DNA from: Octopus bimaculoides
Lineage: Eukaryota
Length of the DNA: 63,840 nt
Direction of reading: 5' to 3'
Assembly (NCBI RefSeq): GCF_001194135.2
Contig: NC_068990.1
Span: 3,863,559 to 3,927,398 of the forward strand
The notes below the pieces were generated by a model, which ran no database searches, was not told the origin of the DNA, and saw only the letters and a list, made by a program, of their open reading frames with translations. Below, one piece after another: positions 52,294 through 63,840 of this stretch. The position numbers and the translations under genes are program-made. Within the stretch, counting starts at the first letter, position 1. Each line of letters opens with the position of its first letter.

Positions 52294-53619
52294 ACGTACC
52301 AGTATACAGTCACACATATATTCATAACTAAGCTTAAGACCTATACGCCCATATAATCATATGCTTGCATAAATATATATGTGCGTGTGTGTACATTATA
52401 GCACCATGCATATGCTCTATACAGCACGTTTTCTTATTTCGTTTCATAAATGATATATGCTGTTGGTTTTCAGCTTGGTTTCTACTCATTGATAGTATGT
52501 GTCATTCAGAGACAGTAGTGAGTGTCATTTGGCATTCTAATCCACGGAAACTAATGTTCACATGTCAGTCTGTGGCAATTTAAATACATGTCTAATGTCG
52601 TTTTATGTTATGATTATGTCTACGGAAAATGGTATCTGTCAAGCTTTAGAATCGAATTTGACAATTTCTTACATTCTACGTCGTAATATCTTTCGCCGTC
52701 GTTACTGTTTTCCTTGTTCATGCTCTTGTTCATGTTCTTGCTATCGTTCTTGTTTCTGTTACTCAGCAATTTATTTATCTATCTTTATACTATTTTTCTT
52801 ATGCCTGTCGTTATTGATATATTTGCTGCTGCTGTTGTTGTTGTTGTTTTCTCGTTGACATTCGTTCTTCCTGTTGGTACCGTTGTTTATGTTATTGTTT
52901 TGTTGTTGTCTGAGACCACACCTTCTCAGAGTCTTTATACAGCCAGTCCTGCACCTCCTATGATGCTGTCTTCCACCTTCAATCGCCTTCACACCAATAA
53001 AAACTGTTCTGTTGTATAATGTTGTATGATCCGTATTTATATGCACTGTACCATATATAACCTAACATCAAGACACTCATTCATATACATACGTGCATAC
53101 ATACGTAGTAGTATATCTCTGTAAAATCTTCAATAAAATGCAAACATAATAGACCAAACACCATGGTTTAGAATAGAGGAGAGAAACTATGTACAGTAGT
53201 GGATGTCAGTTGCTCAGAGATGTGGACATAAATTTAAAGATCAGTTAGAAAGAAAATGCATATACTGAACTTTCGAAAGATTTACAGATGATTCACCCAC
53301 GCTACAAGTTTAGATTCATACCACTAATTACTGAGCTGTTTGGATATGTGAATCACCAGCCTCTCTACCAATCTTGAGAAATTATGGTTCTTAAAATCAG
53401 AAAGAAAACTAATTGGAAGGCAACTGGTGCAAGCCACCATCGTAACTGTCAAAATATGTAAAAAAAAAAGTGTGTATAAAGTACGTGTACGTGTCTTAAC
53501 ATGCAATTCAATGTATATGTTTACACACATACACATAAAACAAAGTGCATACATCTGCACATGTACTGACACCAAATACTTGCACATATACACACATACA
53601 TGTACCCTGTTACTCTTGT

Positions 53620-54240
53620 AGAAACTCCATTGAAGGTGCTTTGGATTTAAATTAGTTCTTTCTTCATCGGCAAGAAATCTATAAAGTGAACAATGACATA
53701 CTTACGTAAATACTTACATACACACATACATATCAGCTGACATGTTTTGCTCAGAAAATGTCAGCTTAATGTTAAAGTTTAGTGAAAAAAATAATATCTA
53801 CGTCGGACCGACGAGGAATCTGCCTGTACTTCATCCAGATTATAAAGTTAGATTTCAACTAACAATTATTGAAGTTCTTGGCAACGTGCATAATTGCTTC
53901 AGAACCGATTTTATTGGGTTTGGATTCACAAAACTAGAAAGAACATGCTTAATCAGATGATTACAGCTAGAAACTGTCAAAAGCACTGTCAAAATATAGA
54001 ATACATTCATGAAGTTCAGCATGAAATAAAATCCACATATGCAATCCAATCCAAGCCTGCTTAGATAATATACGCATACATGTACAAAAACATGCATACA
54101 TATGCACATGCTAATATACATACATAAATACATACATTTATATAAGATTATTCCTGTTTGATGTTGTCTAGTTTCAATGAAAGAGTATTGTTTCTAGGCT
54201 AGAAACCGGCTCCTTTCTCCATTTGGAGAGAAATTCTAAA
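53620..54240 (+). mobile_element. Two degenerate copies of dispersed repeat family E (53620-53700, 54150-54240)
   Basis: Match to aatgaagg...tggatctaggttagaaaccggttctttctctattggcaagaaatc, seen at 62945-63030 and 63695-63780. Confidence 0.6.
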
Positions 54241-54479
54241 AGCAAACGTCAAGAAGGAACATGTCTACAAAGGGACGGAATAGTCATTATCTAGTTTTGA
54301 TTGATTTTATTAAGTTATAGTTAATTCCGTTAGTTGTGTACTTGGTTGTGTGTAGGTTAATTAGTTGATGAGTTTCTCTAGTAAAAACTCTGAATACGGT
54401 TAAATCAAAAGATGAAAGGTTATAATTGTTGGCGAAGAGTTTGGTCATTCTGGCCAACAATGGTAAATAACGTCGGCGG

Positions 54480-54715
54480 TCCTGATGATAATCTTCAACG
54501 TGATGATGACGGTGACGACGACGACGACGATGAAAATGATAGTGACCTCCACAATGATGATGGTGGTCGTGGTGGTGATGGCGGTGATGGTGGTTGTGGT
54601 GGTGATGGTGGTGATGGTGGTTGTAGTGTTGATGTTGGTGGTGGTATGATGATGATGATTGCAAAGATGAGGAGATGAGGAGGAAGTCAGCAACGACGAC
54701 GGTGATGTAGGTGAT
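54480..54715. repeat. GAT/GAC/GGT trinucleotide low-complexity tract
   Basis: Direct sequence; source of the poly-H, poly-D/G and poly-T ORFs. Confidence 0.9.
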
Positions 54716-55376
54716 TACGACGAATGTTATTTCTGGTTAATCGCAACTCGAAGCTATTTCTGTTAGTAGAGAAATTCGCTTTGGACTTGTGATTTCATGT
54801 TTGTTTCAGTTATTCAAAATACTATTATGCTTTCCTTTGTAATGTATGACGGACGATGTTTATATATATATATATATATATATATATNNNNNNNNNNNNN
54901 NNNNNNNNNNNNNNNNNNNNNNNNNNNNNNNNNNNNNNNNNNNNNNNNNNNNNNNNNNNNNNNNNNNNNNNNNNNNNNNNNNNNNNNNNNNNNNNNNNNN
55001 NNNNNNNNNNNNNNNNNNNNNNNNNNNNNNNNNNNNNNNNNNNNNNNNNNNNNNNNNNNNNNNNNNNNNNNNNNNNNNNNNNNNNNNNNNNNNNNNNNNN
55101 NNNNNNNNNNNNNNNNNNNNNNNNNNNNNNNNNNNNNNNNNNNNNNNNNNNNNNNNNNNNNNNNNNNNNNNNNNNNNNNNNNNNNNNNNNNNNNNNNNNN
55201 NNNNNNNNNNNNNNNNNNNNNNNNNNNNNNNNNNNNNNNNNNNNNNNNNNNNNNNNNNNNNNNNNNNNNNNNNNNNNNNNNNNNNNNNNNNNNNNNNNNN
55301 NNNNNNNNNNNNNNNNNNNNNNNNNNNNNNNNNNNNNNNNNNNNNNNNNNNNNNNNNNNNNNNNNNNNNNNNNNNN

Positions 55377-55419
<43 letters not shown>

Positions 55420-55437
55420 CATATATAGATATACATA

Positions 55438-55495
55438 TCTCTTTTACTCTTTTACTTGTTTCAGTCATTTGACTGTGGCTGGAGCACCGTCTTTA
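55438..55495 (-). mobile_element. SINE family B 3' tail
   Basis: ctcttttactcttttacttgtttcagtcatttgactgtggc..gagcaccg. Confidence 0.75.
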
Positions 55496-55505
55496 ACAAA
55501 TACTT

Positions 55506-55585
55506 CGCCCGAAGGGAGACATGAACCCACGACCCTCAGATTAAAAGTCTGATGCTCTACCGACTGAGCTATATATATATATCCC
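55506..55585 (-). pseudogene. tRNA-Lys(UUU) pseudogene with TA expansion in the 5' acceptor/D junction
   Basis: Minus strand GGGA(TA)6GCTCAGTCGGTAGAGCATCAGACTTTTAATCTGAGGGTCGTGGGTTCATGTCTCCCTTCGGGCG. D arm and anticodon arm TCAGA-CTTTTAA-TCTGA intact; T arm mismatched; 5' GCCC lost. Confidence 0.9.
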
Positions 55586-56299
55586 AATATACATTTAAAT
55601 TATTTTCTGGTTTCAGTCATCATACAGGAGCACCACTCGCGAGAGGTGAATATTCCCATAGCATGTCATTCTGTCACAGCTATTTTTCTCAAAAAATAAA
55701 AGCTTCTTTCTAACAAAACACGAAATGTTGTGGGAAGGGATTAGCACTTGGCTGGTGCTTTATATCATTGACTTGAAATGGGCGAATGACAGCACTGACC
55801 TTGGCAGAGATTTATCCAAATATGAAAGTCCTTGCTATTTTGTAAAGAAAAAATTGTAGCGCCATATCTTTCCTTGCTCTTCGCTAATTGGATAACGAGG
55901 CACTCTCTTTTGTGACATATTTTTCCACACGTTTTCCTTTTTCCTGAAGATGGTCGATGTTTACTATTTCTTCTGAACTTTCAATGTTAGCATTAAATGA
56001 GTCGCTGCTCATCATGTTAGCATTAGATGTGTCGATGGTGCTGCTTTCCTTATTGTTATTAAGTTTGAATTTTTGCAACAATTTTCTTTTTGTCTTGTAA
56101 CTATTTATAAATCTTAAATTTCTATTCATGTTTTCTAACACTAGGCAATCGTTTTTACTGCTATTACATTTTTGGTTGCAACCTCTCATAAAATACTATA
56201 TTAAACAAAATAGTTGTTTGCATAAATACATATATTTATAAAAACGGAAAGGACGAACCTTCTTGGCACCAAAGTGATATGGTTTAAATAACCCGAAAA

Positions 56300-59200
56300 A
56301 AGTCTTTTTTACTCATTTTTCCTACCTATCTAGTTCTGCAAATAATGCCAAAAACACATGAATGAACACGATAACAATATATTTATATTGTGCATATGTT
56401 TTAAAGCCATATTCTGACCAAAAGAAATGGAAGTACAACAATAATCTCTTATAAAATTTGAAAAATAACCCCGATCTAAAAAGTAAAGTTGAACACTAAC
56501 AGACTAACTTACAAGTATACATTCTCAAAGCCAAACTGTATCAGGAACCGAAACAGAAGACTTAAAATAAGGGTTGTATAACTAAAGTACAAATGACAAG
56601 CACAAAGTCAATGTGAAAAATAAAAACGAGACAAAAAAGAAAAAAATGTATTAAAAACCAAATGAATAACTTCTAAATCCTAGAGCAACTATAAAATACA
56701 GACGAACAATTACCTGACAAGAACAACAAAGGCAAACATAAATGAAAGACATCTGAATATCACATGTGAATAGAAAATTCTGAAGTTGAAGCTCATGAAC
56801 GTGACAAACTAAAGGTAGAAATAATTTTGAGATTGAAAACCAAAAGAACTTCCTACATAGCAACGAAAGTACGCCTTAAGGGTAAAACAGCGTTAAACAG
56901 CAACAATGATAAGACTCAAACTTGACCAGCACATTTTAATGAAAAGAATTACAAACATCATTATCACCAGTTTAAATGAGATAATATGAACAAAAGCTAC
57001 TGTAGTTAGAAATGTAAGAGGTTTTCCCTTGAATCTACTGATATAGGAAGAAAATCGAAGAAAAAGCATGGTAACAAATTTAAATAAAAATTTAGAAAAT
57101 AAGAGAGAAGTTCTCTTAATCCTTTTTGAAATAAATAAGGAAACAACGTAACTGGGAAAGAAAACTACAAATGAATACTACAAAAATACAACGTGACAAA
57201 GAAAGGAAGTATCCTAAATTCAAAGAACCCCTGGAAGAAAAGAATTTCTCTGAATTTCAAATAATCCGTCGGTATGAAAAGCGAGAACGTTTCTTTGAAC
57301 AAAGAGGACACTTCGACTCGAAAATGATTTTATCATGAACTCAGCAAAAATAAAATATAATTCAATGGAGTACAAACCTCAAGAAAAGCTGACGAATTCT
57401 GGGAGATAATTATGGAAGTGAAACAATTATCTCCGACAAGATTATTCAAAATAACGAATACGGTATCTGAACAATCGTGCAAGACAAGAACAAAAGAATG
57501 AGTCAAAATACTACAAAAGAAGCAAACATCAGGAAGACTCCAGGACATGGAAAGATACCCACCTTAGGATAAAATAATTTCCAGTTTGAAATAGAGTGCT
57601 ATTAGAATTGTTTAATAAGATACTGACAGAATTAGATACAACTGGCTCACCCACAGGAAAACCAACTTCATCCTCAAGATTGCAAATCCTCTAAACTAAA
57701 AATCGTGCCTTCCAGCAGCATGAAAGAATTTTCATCAAAAAGATGTAAATATCTTGTAAAAATAGCATCTTTCCTCTGAAGAACAAGTTTGTTGTTAAGA
57801 TGTAAAGTTTAAGTATTAATCAACAAAGCTATAACCAGAAACTGTAGGATAGAGCAAGGCCTCAGTATAGCATGAATTGGCTAACAGAAAGTTTTTGAAC
57901 ATGTTCCCCTCGCATGCACACAACAAACATTATCCATAGTTAATGTAGCAGTAATATGATATAGTAATCACGTGATAGGTAAATGATAAACAATTCCGCA
58001 AGTATTAATTAATCTCCATTAAAAGAAACTTATCATAAGAATCCTTCTTGATACTTGTTTTATTCTTAGTGCTAAGACATTTAACCAATATATTAAACAG
58101 ACCGAACTCAGATACAACTGCTCTGGGAGGGCAAGCAACCGTTTTATTTTGCAAATGGACGATTTCAATTCGTACACTGCAGAGGATAAACAACTAGAAA
58201 TACTGCTACATACAGTACACAGACTTGCGAGATTCGGTTTAGAAAATGGACCAAGGCAACATTAATTAAAAACGCTAACACCATGGTAAATAACGAAACA
58301 GACAGCCAGAAATAGACCAAACACATATTTACAAACATTTAGAAATCAATGGACTAGATAGAGTGCAGCTCACATTAATGAAAAAAAGATAGGAAGGACT
58401 ATTATAGACGCACTACATAAATACTTCGAACAGAGCTAAATACAACGAAATTAAGATAATAGGCACCGATAATCTTGCTATTACTTTAATTTCCAACTTG
58501 CAAGATGCTACAAAAATAGAAAGATATTTACCGTCTATAGAATATACAGCGTAAAGTCTAACATAGAAATGCTATAATTACACGAATACAAGGAGGTAGG
58601 GTCCTTATTACACTAGCAAACTAGTATAAAATAGAAATAGAATAGAATCATGAAAAGCTAATACAAATAGCTGCAACTCATGAGCAAAACAAAAAGTTGT
58701 TTGTCTCCAAAAGAAAACCATCGAATACAAACAGAAGTTAAGATGACAGAATGTTTTGCGAAGAAAGGAGCACTAGCAGAAATTATGTAAAGCCGCAAAG
58801 GGAAGCTAAAGATGGAACTACAGAATGCCATGCTAAAACAGCGACAGGAGAAGCCTCTACATGACCAATATAAAAAAATACTGAATAGATTAAAATAGAC
58901 AAAAATACAATTCATAGCACTGTCTGAAAAACACAAATCTCAAAGTAGAGGCTGAATTATTCTTTATTTCAGTACAAGTTGAAAATCGTCCAAACAGGGG
59001 TCGCCAAAAACATAATGAAGCAGAATACCTTAAATTGCAGCAGAATATGAGAAATTGAGCAACAAATAATTAATTATATTTTCCTAGCTGTCCAGCCTTA
59101 GCCAAGAAAGAATACATCAACAACATGACAATGTTGTGATTACACAGATTGCAAGACATGCAAGCATTGTGAAATACCTCCAGAAAATAGAAAGCATATA

Positions 59201-59700
59201 TATATATGAAAAGTCTCTGAACTGAGAATAACGAAGCTACCATAGTCTAGGATAAGCCAATCCTTAGAGATAGAGATAGCACGGCTACTCCCTTGCAGTA
59301 AGGAAAGGAATCGAAGTGCTACTCCTTCGAAGTAGGGAAAGGAAAGGAAAAGAAATGTCTCCTAATAGAACCCTGGTTCAACAGATAATAATGTACCACT
59401 AAAAGAAACTGAGAATTTAGCCAAAATATTTGGAAACTGAAATAAGCATTATGCGGAGACTTAAAACAAAGAATGTCTGTAATAATAGTTCTGTTGGGAA
59501 TAATTACAAAGCAAGAATTCAAATACATAACTGAAATTCCAATATATGTGCAATATACAGAAAATTGCTGTACTATGCACTGTACACCAATTACGTGGAA
59601 TACTTTCAACACATTAGAATATTACTACAACAAAAGTACCGCACATAGGATGTAGTGAAAGCGCACAATAAATATCAAACAACTGAGAAATAAATTAATC
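56300..59700 (+). mobile_element. Near full-length, heavily decayed R4/Dong-like non-LTR retrotransposon
   Basis: Collinear relics: FYHEL/EFWE (~57330-57410), KTPG (~57535), WLT..K..ILK (~57640-80), RT-like blocks to ~58600, RHDN-like (~59120), VIIVLLGII and IAVL..H (~59470-59580); ends at (AAT)n 59704. Confidence 0.7.
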
Positions 59701-59701
59701 A

Positions 59702-59760
<59 letters not shown>

Positions 59761-59761
59761 T

Positions 59762-60107
59762 AGCACGCAGAGAGCGCCAACCTCCGCCTAGGCAACACCA
59801 ACGTCCTCTCGACGATTAGCCAGAGAGGATTTTTAAAATGAGAATATCTGAAATTAATTCGACTGCTCTCACAAACGAGAATACTAAAAATGAACCCAAT
59901 TGCTCTCAAAAATTAAGTGAAAAAAAAAACGAAAAATAATCGAGAATCCTTGTCCGGTACCGGATCGACCCCAAAATCTAACCAGTTCGAGGCCAAACAT
60001 ACCTGAAAGTTTCATTCGAATCCATTCAGCGGTTCTTGAGATATCTTGTCCACGGATAAACAAACACGACTGAAAACAACATATCCGCCTTCACTAAGGC
60101 GGAGGTA
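59762..60107 (-). mobile_element. Helentron-associated (HINE/DINE-1-like) non-autonomous element
   Basis: Sub-terminal inverted repeats ACCTCCGCC (59780-88) and GGCGGAGGT (60098-106), adjacent small hairpin CCGCCTT-CACT-AAGGCGG; flanked by TAA runs. Confidence 0.75.
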
Positions 60108-60134
60108 ATAATAATAATAATAATAATAATAATT

Positions 60135-60345
60135 TTTGTGCTATAGGCACAAGGTCTGAAATTTGGCGGGAGAGTGGCTGGTTATCGATCCCAGTGTTCA
60201 ACTGATATTTGTTTTATCGTCCTGGAAAAGAAGAAAGTCAAATATAATGTCAGAGGAATTTGGACTCAGGCCGTAGAATCGGATGAATTACCACGAAGTG
60301 TTTATTCTGACGATCTAACGAGTCTGCTAGCTCAGTATTAACTAC
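60135..60345 (-). mobile_element. Degenerate SINE family A
   Basis: tataggcacaaggtctgaaattt tail, gaatttggactcag B-box relic, ctaacgagtctgctagctc head relic. Confidence 0.65.
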
Positions 60346-61018
60346 ATGGATTAATATCTTCAAAAGTTTTTCATGAATTCAACCCAGACGTCAAAATTGA
60401 GCATGTGACTTGTCAAATGCATCAAAGACTTATCATTATATCCAGTCACTGAAATCATAGAATTTTGTATGGTTAGGATTAGGTGAAATTGATAAGATAC
60501 AACACATTCAAGTAAGGAAGAAAATTAAAAACTAGAAAATTAGGAAATAAACTTACTATTAATGGTGGAAGTGAACGCTAGAAATAAAATTTTAGGTATC
60601 ACAATTATATTTTTTAAATGGCTTCAAAATAATAAATTGAATCTAAAGTGAATTGAAAAGAGAAAAGTTAATACAGTAAACTAGAAATTTACTGACAAAA
60701 TTCCAGTGGATGAGTAGAGTGATTCTTGTAGTGATGTGGTGACAATAAGTGTGATTATCATCGTTATGATGAAGGTGATGATAGTCATCATCGTCGTTGT
60801 CATCATCATAATAATTATTATAATGATGCTAGTGTTGATAATTAAGATGCTGGTGTCAGATGCTTAAAAAACAACATTTATATTCAAACAGATACATGAC
60901 TAGTGAAAATGTATTTTCTTTGCTAATTACTTTTGTACTTTGTCTTAATTTACGATGCGTTAATTAGAAAAAAAAATAGAATATAGTAAAATGATAATAA
61001 ATAATAATGATGATGATG

Positions 61019-61180
61019 ATGTGCCCTGTAGAACTGTTACAAAAGATTTGCCTCCTTGGCACGACCATAATAATCGAAAAGAACCGATACTATGGTACCG
61101 TAGTCTGCAGCTAGCAAACCCGCTACGCATACAAGACCCAAAGAGTTCCAACAAAACCTGTGATAGAAAGAAATATTTAT
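61019..61180 (+). mobile_element. Extreme 3' fragment of an R4/Dong-like LINE
   Basis: VELLQKICLLGTT (end of the RLE-type ORF) plus UTR, between AAT/GAT runs. Confidence 0.7.
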
Positions 61181-61219
61181 AATAATTAATAATGATAATA
61201 ATAATAATAATAATAATAA

Positions 61220-61380
61220 TATGGTTTCTTAAACATTCACTTGAACAAAACTGTACAATTCCAAATATATGGTACCCTAGGCATAACACCTACATGAACT
61301 TCTAACTTGTTGTCTCTTGAGGTCTCTGGGTGAGACTTGGATCCAACTTGTACAAATGCAAAACAAAAGTCAAACATAAA
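61220..61380 (+). mobile_element. Probable LINE 3' UTR fragment between (AAT)n runs
   Basis: Unique 160-bp segment bracketed by TAA repeats and ending in (AAT)n; family inferred from context. Confidence 0.45.
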
Positions 61381-61404
61381 ATAATAATAATAATAATAAT
61401 AATA

Positions 61405-62103
61405 TTGGGTCTTCCCATAAATAATGTGATTTTCCAATTCCATGGACTAAAAGTCAGAGGGGAACGGGATAAACTACCTGCATCAACTTGCTACAAAAGC
61501 AGATAGTAATTTTATCTTGTACTTATTCTTAGTGCAAATCTTGAAGAGTGCAGTTCGATTTTAAGTTATTTTATCAAAGCTATTATGGAAGTGGCAAAGG
61601 AGCATATTGGGGATATTTTGCTTTATGAGTTCAATAAAGGCAACAACGCAACAGAAAGTGCGAGGAATATCAATGCAGTATATGGGGATCGGACAATAAG
61701 CGTAAGCCAGTGTCAACAGTGGTTCCAGAAATTCCGAGCCATAAACTACAATCTAGAAGACGAGCCTCGTCCTGAAAGATCGATAGAGCTCGATGAGAAC
61801 GTTCTGCCAAACTTGGTGGGGAAAATCCTATCGTAACTGTTGAGGAACATGCAGAAAAGCTTGGATTTGATCATTCAGCCATTCATCGATATTTGCGTGC
61901 CATCGAAAAAGTCAGCAAATTGGGTCAGTGGGTTCCTCACAAACTTTCCGAGTCTAATCGCGCGCAGAGAGTGAATGTGTGCTCGTCTTCGCTGTCACGT
62001 CTCGTGTATGAACCTTTTTTTGGACCGAATAGTTACTGATGACAAGAAATGGCTTCTCTATAAAAATGTCCAAAAAACCTACATTATTTATGGGATGACG
62101 CAA
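61405..62103 (+). mobile_element. Internally deleted mariner retaining the transposase N-terminus
   Basis: TIRs TTG(G/C)GTC(T/A)TCCCATAAATAATG with TA TSDs. ATG 61585: MEVAKEHIGDILLYEFNKGNNATESARNINAVYGDRTISVSQCQQWFQKFR...; frameshift; ...KLGQWVPHKLSESNRAQRVNVC...DRIVTDDKKWLLYKN. Confidence 0.95.
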
Positions 62104-62234
62104 TAATAAAGATAATTCTATCTACAATAAGCACAAAGCCTGAGTTATGGGGGTGGTCGTAAAAAGCTGGCAGAAATGTGGCTGAGAATTTTGTGTTAAG
62201 GATTTCGCCAGTTCGTTGCATTTTCTCTCAAATG

Positions 62235-62420
62235 ATTTGCACCAGCCAGCAATGTTTAGGGGAAATGAAGATAGTCCATTACATCGACTCCAATACTTGA
62301 GTGGTACTTTTTATCGACGCTGAAACGATAAAAAGGCAAAATCATCTTCGGTAGAATTTTGAACTCAAGACACAAAGATATGGAAGAAAGACTGCAAAGC
62401 ATTTTTCTGTGATTCCAACG
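62235..62420 (-). mobile_element. Degenerate SINE family A
   Basis: cattacatcgactccaatacttgagtggtactttttatcgacgctgaaacg...gaattttgaactcaag. Confidence 0.7.
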
Positions 62421-62427
62421 ATACTTT

Positions 62428-62457
62428 ATAATAATAATAATAATAATAGTAGTAGTA

Positions 62458-62530
<73 letters not shown>

Positions 62531-62535
62531 TAATA
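62428..62535. repeat. (AAT)n microsatellite with a short (AGT)n insert; tail of the adjacent reverse SINE
   Basis: Direct sequence. Confidence 0.95.
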
Positions 62536-62752
62536 ATCTTTTCTACTATAGGTACAAGGCCTAAAATTTTGGGAGAGGGGGCTAGTCAATGACGTCGACC
62601 CCTGTACGTAACCGGAACTTATTTCATCGATTCCGAAAGGATGAAGAGCAAAGTCAACCTCGACGAAATTTGAACTCAAAGCTTATAGACAGACGAAATG
62701 TCGCTAAGCAATTTGCCCGGCGTGCTAACCATTCTGCCAGCTCACTGCCCTT
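62535..62752 (-). mobile_element. SINE family A
   Basis: Full-length reverse copy; cctatagtagaaagatt(att)n tail. Confidence 0.9.
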
Positions 62753-63199
62753 CATAATAATAATACATACATACATACATACATACACACACACATACAT
62801 ACTTACATATGGTCATTTAAATATATATGCGCATGTCTAGATATGTAACTATATGCATGAGAATACATACAAATCTGCACATGTGTACATACATGCATAC
62901 ATACATACAAACAAACAAAAATACCCTGATGTTGATGTTGAAATTCAAATGAAGGAATCTTGGATCTAGGTTAGAAACCGGTTCTTTCTCTATTGGCAAG
63001 AAATCTTGAAATAAACTAAATAATGACATACAAGCACACACACACACACACACATACATACACACATACACCCATACATACATACATACATACATACATA
63101 CATACATACAAAGTGTTGCACAAATCTTTGTGACTCAGAGTAAGCCGACAATCAGATGAATAGCAATTATCAAATTATTTAGTTCTTTGATATCGCTGA

Positions 63200-63337
63200 A
63201 CTAAACTTTACTCTTCACTCCTCCGAGGTCCATAAAATAAGGTAGCAGAACTGCGATCAATGTAATTGATCGATTTGGCAGCTGTATTTCATTTTTCCCA
63301 CATTTCAAGCTCTGTGCCAATGGTAGAAGCAATTATA
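63200..63337 (+). mobile_element. SINE family A 3' half, degenerate
   Basis: actttactcttcactcctccgaggtccataaaataagg...gctctgtgccaatggtagaag. Confidence 0.6.
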
Positions 63338-63582
63338 ATAATGATTTGAATGACTTTGATGAAGGTGATATGGACGAGTATGGGGAATGTGCTTGTAAGA
63401 AACAAATTATTTTAGTTCCTGAAGAGCTATAGAAATTAGTGAAAGCAGAGATTCTTTGCTAAAACAATAAGCACAAAGCCTGAAGTTATGGGGGTGGTTG
63501 TAAAAAGCTGGCAGAAATGCCGCTGAATATTTTGTGTTAAGGATTTCGCCAGGATATATATATATATATATANNNNNNNNNN

Positions 63583-63840
63583 ATGTCTAGATATGTAACT
63601 ATATGCATGAGAATACATACAAATCTGCACATGTGTACATACATGCATACATACATACAAACAAACAAAAATACCCTGATGTTGATGTTGAAATTCAAAT
63701 GAAGGAATCTTGGATCTAGGTTAGAAACCGGTTCTTTCTCTATTGGCAAGAAATCTTGAAATAAACTAAATAATGACATACAAGCACACACACACACACA
63801 CACATACATACACACATACACCCATACATACATACATACA
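63583..63840 (+). other. Exact duplicate of 62833-63090 beyond a 10-N gap (probable assembly or haplotype redundancy)
   Basis: Identical over 258 bp at an offset of 750. Confidence 0.85.

Noticed and set aside
60350-60450. Minus-strand exon-like frame TGYNDKSLMHLTSHMLNFDVWVEFMKTFEDINP after ttctatgatttcAG
   Set aside because: Weak donor and no recognisable homology.
9965-63582. Long ORFs spanning N-runs (e.g. 16356-17535, 39666-40800, 43090-44395, 54797-55552)
   Set aside because: They are open only because Ns and flanking (TA)n/(CA)n contain no stops; these are assembly gaps.

Overview
This is AT-rich, repeat-dense animal genomic DNA from a short-read assembly, with 11 N-gaps mostly flanked by (TA)n/(CA)n/(GA)n microsatellites. 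The SINE/LINE repertoire resembles that of Octopus or another coleoid cephalopod; this is recalled similarity, not a database hit. Nearly all ORFs in the supplied track are artefacts of microsatellites, N-runs or chance. No complete host gene is visible. The best host-gene signal is one well-bounded + strand exon (3010-3152) that translates like the N-terminal helix/beta-1 exon of a Cys-loop ligand-gated ion channel, possibly nAChR-like or chemotactile-receptor-like; I could not find the remaining exons. The rest is a nested mobile-element landscape. It includes tRNA-derived SINEs (three families), two internally deleted mariners, two Helitron remnants with PIF1 helicase, a Helentron/DINE-1-like element, TAA-associated R4/Dong-like LINEs, a Penelope-like RT fragment, a decayed Gypsy pol, foldback MITEs and a TTAA (piggyBac-like) MITE. 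The most interesting non-annotated signals are three hammerhead-ribozyme folds in Penelope-like termini plus a fourth, weaker one inside the TTAA MITE, a TAA-microsatellite landing pad with about 8 stacked insertions, an 87-bp locus built from overlapping palindromes, a tRNA-Lys copy broken by an internal TA expansion, and an interstitial (TTAGGG)5. I found no convincing evidence of a wholly new multi-gene system.
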